DNA of 64,000 bases from Octopus sinensis (GCF_006345805.1 NC_043008.1:37758001-37822000), one strand, 5' to 3'; positions 39,715 through 52,672 are shown, numbered from the stretch's first letter. Notes: generated by a model not told the origin, from the letters alone. A program made the numbers and translations.

Positions 39715-40225
39715 ACTGACTGGAAGTGTTTTCACATACATTGTTTTGTCTTGGTATAATAGATGGGATACAGTAAATATTCTGCTCAATACCACAGATT
39801 TGCTTGTCAGTTGCTTGACCATAACTAGCTGAGCATATCCCTTAGTGACTGACAATATGTGCATTTATGATCATGAGCTGAAGTAGTAGGGGAGCATCAT
39901 AGCCATGTGTTGAGAAGGATTCTTTGGGGTTTGGAGGATTCACCTTAGGAAACATGAGTGTGTCATTCAACATCCTTAAACAACCCTTATTCAAGGACCT
40001 TTTGAGCAGGATGGGTTACTCAACCTGAAGAAAATTCTAACTAGGCCCCCACCTGCAAGGTTATGTTCTGTTTATCTTGATATGAGATCACCATGTCATG
40101 CACATAGGGTTGTGATGCATGTATCTGGTGTACCCTTATTAGATGGGTAGTCATGATGGGTATACTGGGCTTCGTATATTTTACACCAGTGCCACTTTGG
40201 TGGCATGCACTGCGCTCTCTCACTC
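39715..40225 (+). mobile_element. ~500-bp non-coding repeat ending in (AAT)n (family F)
   Basis: Its reverse complement matches 58170-58632 over most of its length. Confidence 0.8.
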
Positions 40226-40247
40226 AATGATAATAATGATGATGATA

Positions 40248-41390
40248 ATTTCGGTATAGGGCTGGAATTACAAAATGGCAAAAGTAAGAACTAATGAAAA
40301 TGGATACAAAGACAAGAAAAATGTTTACAGTACATGAAAGCTTCCACTCTAAGAATGACACCAATAGGCTGTACTTGTCCAGAAGAAATGGTGGGAGAGG
40401 TTTCATCATTTGCCAGGATTGTATCTAAACTGAGGAAAACAGCTTAGGGTCGTATGCAAAAAAATGCTGTAGAGCCATTGTTAAAACAGGCAAAGAAGGC
40501 TGGTGACATCAAAACTGAGAACTGTGTAATGAAAGAAAAATCTAAACAAGAAATGAACAAAAAGAAAAAAGAAAGAAAAAGCATGTAAGGAAAAAATGTA
40601 TGGACAGTTTGCAAGAGATACAAATGCCAAGACAGATCAAGAAAACCGGTAGTTATGGATGAGGAGAAGTGACCTGAAGATACAGACAGAAACACTCATG
40701 TGTTTAGCTGAAGAAAAAGCGTTAATTATCAACTATGTGAAGTGCAGGATAGACAACACTACTGACAGCAACAAATGCAGAATGTGTGGTGAAAGGGGTG
40801 AAAGGGGTGAAAGGGAATGGCATATTATATGTGAATGTCCAAAATTGGCACAATGAGAATGCAAAAGACAACATGACAATGTGGAAAGAATAATCCAAAG
40901 GGAGATCTGTGGAAATCATGGCCTATAAAGGACAAGGACATGGTATGAGAAAACCCCAGAAGGAGTCACTGAGAATGAGAATTTCAGAATCATGTTGAAT
41001 ACAGTGATTCAGCGAAATCACCTGACCAGATGTTGTGATGAATGAAATAGAAAGAACATGCATGATAATTGACATAGCATGTCCCAATGACAACAGAAAT
41101 AGCATGTCTCAGTGACAAAGAAAAAGAAGAAGAAAATATAAACAACTATGATGATTTTGAAGGGGGAAATACAAAGGAGAAGAGACGTGATACCAATAGT
41201 AATTGGTACACTTGGAAGTATCAGCACTCAACCACTGACATAGCTGCAAAAGATTGGTGCAAGTGAGAAGGTAGAACATCTACAAAAATCAGTATTGCTT
41301 GGAACTGCAAGATTTCTTCGCAGGGTTCTTGAAGCATGACCAGTAAACAAGTGTCACCTTAGTCTGTTGGTCGTGGCCATCTGACTCTTT
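40248..41390 (+). pseudogene. R4/Dong-type RLE non-LTR retrotransposon, 3' third of ORF, decayed
   Basis: NRLYLSRRNGGRG; CCHC knuckle CRMCGERG..WHIICECPKLAQ; RQHDNV; IIDIACPND; C-terminal LLGTARFLRRVLEA*. Confidence 0.9.
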
Positions 41391-41941
41391 CTATCATACC
41401 TAATCAAATAACCTGTGAGTTTTCATCACATAACAATATATATACATGTGTGTGTGTGTGTGTGTCTGTGTGTGTGTAAGAAATTAATATGACAAGGGAA
41501 AAAGAAATTGCATCATGAAATTCTTTAGCTTACAGCTGTTTCTTCTCTAAAATGCAGTGCACTCATAGCTGAATGCTTGTGTATCACCCCACAGTTTCAT
41601 CAAAGCATCATGTGATGTATATGGATGAGAACAACTGAATAAAGAAGTGCCAGTCACTTAAAGTGAATAAAAGATATGAAAGAAGAAGACCCAGAAAGAG
41701 GTGGGATGAAGTAGCGAAGGCCATTTGCTGTGCTCCATAAGACCCATCCATCACAGCTAAAAAAATGATGTCTTAAAGAATTTTGTTTATGCTTATATAA
41801 ACTGGGCCTTACCCCTACACACTTTGTGCTCAGTCAAGCATTCCTTATGTCTCTTTCCCCTAACACCTCCCTAACATCCATCTTTCCATCATACCTCTAT
41901 GTAAAGCATTATTCAGCTGCTGCAATCACTTGAGAGCAGTA

Positions 41942-42242
41942 TGTTCCTTCTTGAGCCACACCTGGCTCATAAGGGCTGGTTTCCCCGGTTTCCTTGGTGT
42001 ATAGGTTACCCACCTGGATGGGACACTGGTCTATCGCAGGTGAGCTGCGAGATGCAGGAGGAAAGAGTGAGAGAAAGTTGTGGTGAAAGAGTCAGCAGAA
42101 GTTCGCCATTACCTTCTACCGGAGCTGTGTGGAACTTAGGTGTTTCACTCATAAACACACACATCACCCGGTCTGAGATTCGAACCTGCGATCCCTCGAC
42201 CGTGAGTCCACTACTCTATCCATTAGGCCATGTGCCTCCACA
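41942..42242 (-). mobile_element. SINE family C (tail type 2)
   Basis: Matches 21608-21909. Confidence 0.9.
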
Positions 42243-42589
42243 CTTGAGAGCAATATCAGTTCATATTACTCGTTGACCCTATTCTTTGCATTATTAGTTA
42301 CTTTCCTTCCCACCTGGAACCCCTTCCATTCCTCACAGAACACAAATGTAAATGATGATGATGATGATGATGATGACGATACATACACACCCACACAAAC
42401 ACATATACCTATACCAAATACTTAATATAAAACTTTTTATATACATTAAAAAACACCTATCATTGATTGAACAAAGGATTCAATCCATGTGTAGAGTTTG
42501 ATATTTAATATGATTTTTATTGATGTTAAACTTCAAAGTTTTGTAGAACCAGCAAAACCAAAGTTAGTTGCTGTCAATAAAATTATACT

Positions 42590-42672
42590 TATTTATATAT
42601 ATATGTGTGTGTGTGGTGTGTGTGTGTGTGTGTGTGTGTGTGTATTTATGTATGTATGTATGTATATATGTA

Positions 42673-42703
<31 letters not shown>

Positions 42704-42742
42704 GTATATATATGTATATATGAGTATATATATATAATATAT

Positions 42743-42787
<45 letters not shown>

Positions 42788-42848
42788 CATATATATATAC
42801 ATACATACATACATGCATATGTACATATATATATATATATATATATAA

Positions 42849-42901
<53 letters not shown>

Positions 42902-42902
42902 G

Positions 42903-42939
<37 letters not shown>

Positions 42940-43135
42940 GTACATATGTATGTATATATGTATGTATATATATATATATAATATATATATATATATATTA
43001 TATATATATATGTACATATGTATGTATATATGTATGTATGTATATATGCATATACATACATTATGCATACATACATAATCTAGGTGTGTGTGTGTAGAGG
43101 GAGAATGAAGTTGTTGTGTGTGTATGTGTGGTGGT
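42590..43135. repeat. Long (TA)n/(TATG)n/(GT)n microsatellite
   Basis: Direct observation. Confidence 0.95.
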
Positions 43136-44179
43136 GTGAGGTATGTTTCTACAATTATATTCCTACAGGGATGATCAGCACAGCATCACACAAATTGAAA
43201 TTCATTTCAAGACATTAAAACTATACTGGAATAAACAACCAAATAAATAAATAAACAAGTAAAGAAATAAAATAATATAAAAAAAATTTTTTTTTTAAAA
43301 CAAAAAAAAAAAACAGGAATAAATCAAACAGTGAAGTGGGATGATAGAAAGATAATTGAAATTTTCAAATGAATATTTTCATTGAACTTGAGGCAGAAAT
43401 GATATGATAAGAGATTCCTATTATATCCTAATAAGAATTATAAAACAAATAAATGTATAATAATTTGAAATGGAGAAGGATAAAAGAAAAAAATATATAT
43501 ATATGCAATATATAATATATAAAAATTCATCATTAAGTGCATCAAGTGACTGGAATCAAATACAAATGAAACAAAAAAAAATTAAATTATTATCAGCAAT
43601 ATCGTTATGTCATCATCATCATCATCATCATCAACATCACCATCATGATATTACTATCATTATTGAAATGAAAAGTGCTTAACGATTGTTCAGTGTCTGT
43701 GAAATATTAGGCTGAAATGAAAGCACACTGGCTATGGTATAAAGAATCCTTAGGGTAATTGTTTAATTGGTTCTTTTATTCTAAATTGTCTGTGATTAGA
43801 CACATTGTTCAATGTCAATTGCATCTAGGTTTTAGTTTTAGCTGCGAGGCTTAAATTCTTTACAAAGTATGAAGCTAACTATAAGAAGAATGTCTGCTGT
43901 TATCGTGTATAACTTAAACAGTAATGATGTTTGTGTCATATCAAAGTCCTGTGACTGAATTTAAAACTAATTTAATTACTATCAAGAAACTATGTAAATT
44001 AACCATGTGAAGTAATGGGCTGCGAGCCAAGGTGTGCTTCAGTGCATTTCCTGAGGGTTTAAGTTGTGTCAATGAGATATGATTCTAACCAGTGTCCGAG
44101 TTACTTTTGCAATGTGTATGTGACAGTAGGGGTACCTAAATAATGTGAAGGCATAATGTAGTAACAGTAAGTTTGATAG

Positions 44180-44540
44180 TGTCACCTCCCTCTGACAAGT
44201 CATCCTAATGAGACATCTGCATTGGCTGGGTCATGCCCTCCATCTTTAACCAGGAGAATTCATCTACGAAGCTATTGCCCCAGCTCCCCTTCTGGGTTGG
44301 CGAAAGCGATGTGGTAGACAATGAAAAACCTGGCTGATGGCAGTCAAGGCTGATCTGGAACCCAACCTAGGCCCCTATATCTACGGCGTTCGCTGCTAGA
44401 ATAAGGAGTGGTTGGAGATCACGTGGTTGTTAGCTCCAAATCACCAGGTCTGGTCGGCGTTTGTGAGAGATGCAGCATTGAGGATAAATGAAGCCAGCTA
44501 AACCCACCCCGGGTGAATGCTGTCTCAAGACAGGAAGAAG
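44180..44540 (+). mobile_element. 5'-truncated RTE-type LINE 3' end with TSD
   Basis: Translation LHWLGHALH..GWRKRCGRQ*KTWLMAVKADL; (GAA)n tail; exact 11-bp TSD AAGTTTGATAG at 44169-44179 and 44541-44551. Confidence 0.85.
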
Positions 44541-45049
44541 AAGTTTGATAGCATGACACTCATTGACAAAGTATAACAGTAAGAATAGTTGTATGACAAA
44601 CAGTAAGGTGGTGTAACAGTTTTAGCATTGTAGTGTGACTGACTGTACAGTAGAAGTGCATCATTCAGTGAGGTGGCTTCACAAACAGTGAGATAATCAC
44701 TGTGATAATGTGACAGTGTTTGTGTATGCGTGTGCATGTGTGCTAGTGTTACAGTCAGGGTAGTCATGCTGGAATGTCACTCTCAGAATTGCAGTATAGA
44801 AGTGTGCTGTGGTGTGAAAGTTAGTGTCACAGTGTCACAGTCAATGTTGTGTCTTGAGATCAGTGTTTTATTGCAAGAGCCAGTATGGCTGATGACTTGC
44901 TATTTCACAAGATTTTATCATCATCGTTTAATGTCCATTTTCCATGCTAGCATGGGTTGGTCGATTTGACTGAGAACTGGCATGCCAGGAGGCTGCACCA
45001 GGCTCCAATCTGATCTGGCAACGTTTCTACAGCTGGATGCTCTTCACCA

Positions 45050-45265
45050 GCCCCATTTTTCTGGTTACCTAGTTCTCTCAATTGTAGTGCCATAGATTGC
45101 TCTGTTGGGGGCACAGCTGAGAAAGACACCAATGCTCTGCCTGCAACACCAAGGCCAAGCTGGTAACCAAGATCAAGGAGGTGCTTGAAGATCTTCACAA
45201 AGACACAGTGAGGAACACATGTGCCAGGTTCCAAAACTGTCATGAAACCATGGTAAAAGCCAAAA
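45050..45265 (+). mobile_element. Second DD37D-like mariner family, C-terminal fragment
   Basis: FWLPSSLNCSAIDCSVGGTAEKDT..KLVTKIKEVLEDLHKDTVRNTCARF resembles the WPPNSPDCNP.DY.VWG.VE..T..KELKARI region of the 24 kb and 50 kb elements. Confidence 0.6.
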
Positions 45266-45469
45266 TGTGTCTATTATATTCACATGAGATGTATGCATGT
45301 ACGTGTAGTAAACTTTAAGTAAACTGTTATCTTCCAGCCATAATTTAGTTGACATTTAAATATTTTTTAATTACTTCTGTATTTGGATGGGATGTTTTGC
45401 CTTCTTTTCCTTTTACGCAAACTCTTAAATTTAGTCTGAACACTCTGTGGAAATTACAATTTTGATACT

Positions 45470-46135
45470 CTTTTTACTCTTTACTCTTTTACTTGTTTCA
45501 GTCATTTGACTGTGGCCATGCTTGAGCACTGCCTTTTAGTCGAGCAAATCGACCCCAGGAGTTATTCTTTGTAAGCCTAGTACTTATTCTATTGTTCTCT
45601 TTTTTCTGAACCACTAAGTTATGGGGACGTAAAACATACTAGCATCAGTTGTCAAGAGATGTGGCGGGGGGGACAAACATATACACACACATATATACAT
45701 ATACATACATACATATATATACGACAGGCTTCTTTCAGTTTCCATCTACCAAATCCACCCACAAGGCCATGCTGGAGCACCACCTTTTAGTCGAGCAAAT
45801 TGACCCCAGGAGTTATTCTTTGTAAGCCTAGTACTTATTCTATTGTTCTCTTTTTTCTGAACCACTAAGTTATGGGGACATAAACACACCAGCAACGGTT
45901 GTCAAGCGATGTTGGGGGAGACAAACATACACACACACATACACATATATACATATACATACATACATATATATACGATGGGCTTCTTTCAGTTTCCGTC
46001 TACCAAATCCACTCACAAGGCTTTGGTTGGCCTGAGGCTATAGTAGAAGACACTTGCCCAAGGTGCCATGCAGTGGGACTGAACCCAGAATCATGTGGTT
46101 CATAAGCAAGCTACTTACTACACAGCCACTCCTAC
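45470..46135 (-). mobile_element. SINE family B with partial tandem duplication
   Basis: 3'-part copy 45470-45767 joined through GGCC to a copy at 45764-46135; both share private variants. Confidence 0.85.
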
Positions 46136-47095
46136 GCTTTGTGTGAAATTGGGTACATACATGAGCATGTGAATGTGTAGGTATGTGTATAAATGTGTCT
46201 ATTATATTCACATGAGATGTATGTATGTATAGATATTGGTTCCACTATCAATGCTTTTGGAATGACATTTCCATCCTTCTAAATCAGCTGTGCATGAAAT
46301 TCCAACAGTTTAGGCCACTTTGCCATGCCCCTAAGTACCGCTACCAAAACATATACATTACTTTCAACAAATCTGGCCTTTTCTCCTGACATGTAAACCC
46401 TTATTGAATTTTTTCTTCATTTTCTCCATGTTTTTCATTCTACTATTATATTTGTTTATTTATGCTTTTATTTATCTTATTCTCTATCTTTTTATCATAT
46501 GGTTTATTCACTGAAGTACTACAGAATGGTCAGCCAAAAGTTTAGAAAGCAAACCTTTATGATAAACCTATTCTTTCTTATTGTATCTTTTATGTTTTGA
46601 TGTTTATTGTATTCTTTTTCTGAATCTGTATTTATCTACTGTCTTCATTGCATCTTCATTAATGCATTCCACATATGGTAATTCTAGTATTTGTAAAGGG
46701 TGAAATCTGCCAAATGTATTCATTGTCTGTGATTCTATAATGAAACAATTTGCTGTTTATAGTAGAGTCTGATGGTTTGACTTGGCATAAAATATTATGA
46801 AGTGTGGTCTGTTACTCATATATTTATAGGTGTATATATTATATATTGATTTGTATATTTGTGATGAATGATGTAGAGTCACTTATGTAACACACCGATT
46901 ACAAAATAGCTGTCAACCAAAGGAATAAACATCTATGCATCCATTCTCTCACTTCACTTTTCACATCTGCTCTATTGATGTATGTATGTATGTATGTATG
47001 TATGTATGTATGTATGTATGTATGTATTTATGTATGTATGTATGTTTGTATGTATGTATTTATGTATGTATATATATGTTTGTATGTATGTATAT

Positions 47096-47665
47096 TGCTG
47101 AAGGCTTCCTTAAGAGATGCTTGCCTCTCTCCTGACACATGGGAAGGCATAGCTATTGATTGTAGCAGGTGGAGAAGGATTGTGCACATGGGGACAGCTA
47201 CTTTTGAGAAATCTCGAGTTGCATATGAGAAAGTAAGGAGGGATGTCTGGAAGGGCATCGCTGTTACACTTCCAGATGAGAAGGGTCTTCCTATGATGTT
47301 GACATGCAGTGTCTGTGCAAGACACTGCCTCAGTAAAGCTGGACTCAAGAGTCATCTTCATAGTCATAAAGTGAGACAGATGAGTGACAACCTGGCCACT
47401 GGTGGTGTAACACAACATACTAATCATATCTGTCAGGCATGTGGAAGGGAGTGTAATCCGACAGGAGGACTTAAATGACATGCAAAGGTACATGAAGCCC
47501 AATTACAACTACAGCCAGATATTGCAGGTAAATGTTTTAGCTGCCAATTCTGTACAAGACATTGTAGATCTTTAGCTGGGCTAAAAAGTCACATTCAATC
47601 ACAGCACCAGTAACAGTTAAGCTTCATGCAATGACCATACTCGATAACGTGGGGGCAGCGATCAT
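47096..47665 (+). pseudogene. RTE (BovB-like) LINE C-terminus with three tandem C2H2-type fingers
   Basis: LKASLRDACLSPDTWEGIAIDCSRWRRIV..G...FE followed by three C-x2-C-x12-H-x3/4-H motifs. Single frame, one internal TGA (47476), stop TAA 47611-47613. Confidence 0.8.
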
Positions 47666-49784
47666 GTATTTATGTATGTATGTATGTATGTATGTATGTA
47701 TATATGATGGTATGTATGTATGCATGTATGTATATTGATTTCAAATTTTGGCACAAGGCCAGCAGTATTGGGTTAGAGGGTTAGTTGATTATACTAACCC
47801 AGTACTCAACTGGTATTTATTTTATCAACCCTCCAAAGATGAAAGCAAAGTCAACCCTGACGGAATTTGAAAACTTAGGACATAAAGTCAAACGAAATGT
47901 TGCTAGGCTTTTGCCTGCTATGCTAATTATTCATCCAATTCATTGCCTTATATGTATACTCTTTACTCTTTTACTCTTTTACTTGTTTCAATCATTTTGG
48001 CTGCAGCCATGCTGGAGCACCACCTTTAGTCTAGTAAACCGACCCCAGGACTTATTCTTTGTAAGCCTAGTACTTATTCACCCTCACTCTCTCACTCCTT
48101 GTTCTCTCTGTGCCACTTCCATTATGCTTCCCTCCATCTTCCTATTTCCCACCTATTATTCTCTATTCAATCTCCTTACCAACAACCAGTGTGTAGTTGT
48201 CTATTACTTTTTCTTCCTGTTTCCTTTCTCTCTCTTGTATTACTCTCTCATTCTTATGACTTACTTCTCTTTGATCACCCTTTCACCCTCTCTGTCTGTC
48301 TCTGTATGTCTGTCTCTCTTTCATTACTCTGTCTCTGTCCCTCTTTCTCTTCCACACACCTCTCAATCATGTTCCTGAACAGAAACAATGTTTGGCAAAA
48401 AGATCTGTTCAGTGCTACCAGGAACAAGACAATCCTATGGTGCTGATGTCTTCATTAAAGTCATTCAGTAAATTCTTTAACATGTTGGTGACAGGGAGAG
48501 CATCCAGCAGTGGAATCCATACTAGAATGGAACTTTCCAGTCATCTAGACAGGCCACAGCTTCAATTAAATTCTGATCCAGACATAACAAGCCATCTAAT
48601 TCTCACCAGCATGGAGAAACAGACATACAATAATGATGAGGAAGATGATAATGATCAGGAGAAGGAGGAGAAGGAGAGGAAGGATGAGGATGATGATAAC
48701 AATCTACATACATACGTACATACATACATACATACATACACATACACATACATACATACATACATACATACACATACACATACATACATACATACATACA
48801 CACACATACATACATTCTAGAAGACACATAATTATAAATCTTGGCAATATGCTATCGTTAGTATATTACATATCTTGGTAATATAATATAATTAAGATAT
48901 TATATATCTTGATAATATGCTATAATCAGTCTACCATCTATTCTGGTAATATGGCATGGTTAATATATTATTTCTCTTAGAAATAATGTAAAGTAAGTAT
49001 AGTATATACATTATGTCTGAGTGGCATAAATGGTTTCATGGCAAACTAAATATTTAAGTCTTTAGTTCTGACTATTTACATCCTGAATATAAATTCCTCT
49101 GACACTGTCATTTCCTTTGCAACCCCCCAGGGTCAATTGAATGAGGACCTATGAGGTATTTAGTTTGATTCAAGCAACTACAAATTGATGGTTTTGTATC
49201 TAATGCCATTTTCGTCATCATTGCTTTCATCATGATCATTCTCATGATCATTGTCATTGTCGTTCTTATCATCATTGTCATCATTATCCTCATCGTCATC
49301 GTTATCATCATCATCATCATCATCACCATCATCATCGTCGTCGTCATCATTATCATCATTGTCATCTCGCCATCATTTGTCATCATCATTTTACATCTGC
49401 TTCCATATGAGTAGTTTGGATGTTTCGACTGTCCCATGCTCCAATGTCCCAGAATTGGCATGTTTCCCATGGATGGATGCTTTTCTGAATTATGCTAAAG
49501 TCTTTACAAACTGTTATATGAATTTTCTCATGAACCCCAGCTCCAGTGAAGTTGTCTTATAACTTGTAAGATTCAAAAAAGAATAGGAGACAGAAAAAGA
49601 GAGAGGGAGATGGAGAGAGAGAAAGAAGGAGAGAAAGAAAGAAAGAGAGAGAGAGAAAGAATGAAAGAGAGAGAGACAGGAAGAGAAATTGATCATTTTA
49701 CGTGAAGTGATGAGAGAGAGACTAAAATATTATGAGTGGAACAGTTTTCATTGTGGCATGTGTATACATATTTATATATATTAC

Positions 49785-50325
49785 GTCAGCTCATTTTTGA
49801 GTGCTACTGGTAACATGTAACCCAGTACAACCTGTTGCATAGTTGGGTCATCGGCGACTAAACCAGCAACCCCACCAAGCTTGCTTGGTGAGGAGGGTGT
49901 TTATTGAACACCCTGCAGGATGAAAAACAAAACCTGTCAAAGGGCGGAGGAAATCTTGAGAGTCATTGGACATCCAATAAATGTCTTAAGGCTGTATCAT
50001 GTGCGGGGACATAGAAATAATCAGACTGAATACCCGATTGCACGGTTAAACCATTAGGAGTGAAGGCCTCCTAGCCTTTGTTAGGGCATCCTTCTTGGAG
50101 CAGGTAACTCAGGTAACTGGGATAACTCCAACATAAAACCTGCGGCTCAGTGGTTACCAATGATGTTGACTTGTTCTTCTTTTCGGATTATGGCTGCTGT
50201 TGCTTAGTGAGTGGGATTGACTCAGTGCACAGCCTTTCCTCATTTTAAAAAATATCTTCTTGCACAGGCATTGCACGAAAACAACATTGATTAAGTTTCG
50301 TGCAATGGCCATACTTGATAACGAT
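49785..50325 (+). mobile_element. Non-coding element sharing its 3' end with the RTE at 47 kb (putative non-autonomous RTE derivative)
   Basis: 50291-50323 matches 47617-47649 at 29/33. The 5' part has hairpins (CACCAAGC-TT-GCTTGGTG; AGGGTGTT..AACACCCT) and no ORF. Confidence 0.55.
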
Positions 50326-50350
50326 ATATATATATACATGCACACACATA

Positions 50351-51597
50351 CAGGATGTGATGGATAAATTATTGCCATCTTATATTTTTAATCTTGTGCA
50401 TGCACCTTGTTTATTTTTGATTTTGTTGACTACACAGTATAGTAGGATCAGTTGGGTACCATGTGTGAAAATAACAACACCATGATGCAATTCACTCTGC
50501 CAGAAATATGGAAATGACATACTGCTTGGCATTTGTGCTGGAAGCTCCAATCTGAACATTTCAGAGTGTTTGACTGTCAAGCTGAGGACAGCATAGAGGA
50601 TTCAGAAAGAGTTGGATGAGTCTAATATTGATTATGAGGGTACGGCAGCTCAGACAATTCACTCTGATCGTTCTGATAAGAAAAGAACTCATGAATTTTT
50701 TTGTGAGATCCAGGCCAAGATTGACAACGATCACCTCCAAGTCAATTAGGTTCATCGTCAGAGGCATGGGAGTGTCAAAGTTCCTTATCAGGCAGGTAGT
50801 GCATGAAGACATTCGGTATTCTTCATATAAGCTGAGAAATGGCCAATTTCTTTTCCAAACTATCAAGAACAAGAGGAAAAACCGTGCTACGAATCTTTTG
50901 AACAAACTCAAGAATCCCCTTCAACAGAACATGCTTTTTCAGATGAAAAACATTCTGTCAGGATCAGATGGTGAACACACAGAATAACCATTGGCTTGCC
51001 GTGTCCTCAAAACATGTACCAAGAGTGATAGAAATCAAAGATCCAGTCAACATCCGATCAACATCATGGTGTCTGGAGTGATCACTAATGATGGCAACGT
51101 TATGCCTCCATTCATCTTCCCACACAGCCTCAGATTCAACATGGAGGCCTACATCAAGTTCCTGGAGAAGGTAGTGCTGCCTTGGGTCAAGATGATGGCT
51201 ACTGAAAAACCCTATAACTGACAACAGGACTCTGCACCATGCCACACAAGCAGGAGAACCCAATCATGCTTGTCAGACAATTTCTGCGACCACATCGGCC
51301 CTAACATCTGGTCACCTATCCTACCAGAGTGCAACACCCTTGATTATTATATGTGGGGTGCAGATGATCAAGAGATCAACAAAACTTCTCATAACACCAA
51401 AGGCAAAGAGTTGCAGGAGATTTCAAAGTCACCTGGAGGCTGTGGCTGAAGCCAATGGCAATTTTATTGAGCAAATTTACTCTTTAGTATTTCAAGATAA
51501 TTTTATATAATTTTGGTAGAGATATCTGTTAAAATGAAATGTCAGTGATATTTTTATTTTTGCATAATTTAAACAACAATATATTCACTGTACTCTG
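50351..51597 (+). pseudogene. Decayed DD37D (maT-type) Tc1/mariner transposon, TA-flanked
   Basis: TA(50349-50) CAGGATGTGATGG... CACTGTACTCTG TA(51598-99). QQD-SAPCHTSRRTQSCLSDNFCDHIGPNIWSPILPECNTL-DYY gives exactly 37 residues between the second and third Asp. Confidence 0.92.
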
Positions 51598-51674
51598 TAT
51601 ATATATTTGATATATGAAGTCATTTGGCCATAGGTAAAAATAGTTTATTTTTGCTTAATATCAAATTTTATTTG

Positions 51675-52400
51675 GGCAGCGAGATGGCCGAGTCGTTAGC
51701 ATGCCAGGTGAAATGCTTAGCAGTATTTCGTCTGCTGTTACATTCTGAGTTCAAATTCTGCTTAGGTCAACTTTGCCTTTCATCCTTTCAGGGTCGATCA
51801 AATAACTGCCAGTTATGCACTGGGGTCGATGTAATCGACTTAATCCCTTTGTCTGTCCTCGTTTGTTCCCTCTATGTTTAGCCCCCTGTGGCAATAAGGA
51901 GATAAATATTGTTTCATTGTTCAGCAACAAGCTGGGAGAATTGTTAGCACACTGGATAAAATGCTTAGCGGTATTTCATGTCTTTACATTCTGAGTTCAA
52001 ATTCTGCCAAGGTCGACTTTGCCTTTCATCTTTTCAGGGAGTGATAAATTAAGTACCAGCTGCATACTGGGATCGATCTAATCGACTGGCGCCCTCCTCA
52101 AAACTTTTGGGCCTTGTGCCTAGAATAAAAAAAGAATATGTTCTGAGTTCAAATTCTGCGAAGTATGACTTTTCTTGGGAGTCCATGTAATTGATTAGCC
52201 CCCTCCCACAAAATTTCAGACCTCACACCAATGGTAGAAAAGAATATTGAACGTCATTGTGAGTTCAAATCCCACTGGGGCCAACTAATTTTTCATTCTT
52301 CCTGGGTCGATGAAATATAGCTTCAGTGAAATAACAGGTTTCTATAATCATTTCTTCTGTTCCACCTAATTTGTGGCCTTGGGCCAATGTTAGCAAAGAA
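51675..52400 (+). mobile_element. Cluster of 3-4 same-strand SINE family A copies of increasing decay
   Basis: Repeated CTGAGTTCAAATTCTGC..GACTTTGCCTTTCATC modules at about 51675, 51925, 52140 and 52255. Confidence 0.8.
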
Positions 52401-52539
52401 ATACGAAAATAAATGATTTATGATTTTCAACTGTTAATAAAGTAAAGCTGATATTCTATAGATAATCGTTTCGCATGGTGTCTCAAGCTATTTCACATAA
52501 TAAATGACATTCTTGTTAATCTTCATTCTATGTCGCATT

Positions 52540-52627
52540 TAATAAAACAACAACAACAGCAATAACAATAGTAATAACATCAATAACAACAATAGTAATA
52601 ATAATAATAATAGTATAATAATAATAA

Positions 52628-52672
<45 letters not shown>

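Noticed and set aside
48840-48960. Short degenerate minisatellite (TCTTGGTAATATGCTATA-like, about 4 copies) and a 22-bp tandem at about 53160-53205
   Set aside because: Real but ordinary slippage products with no further structure.
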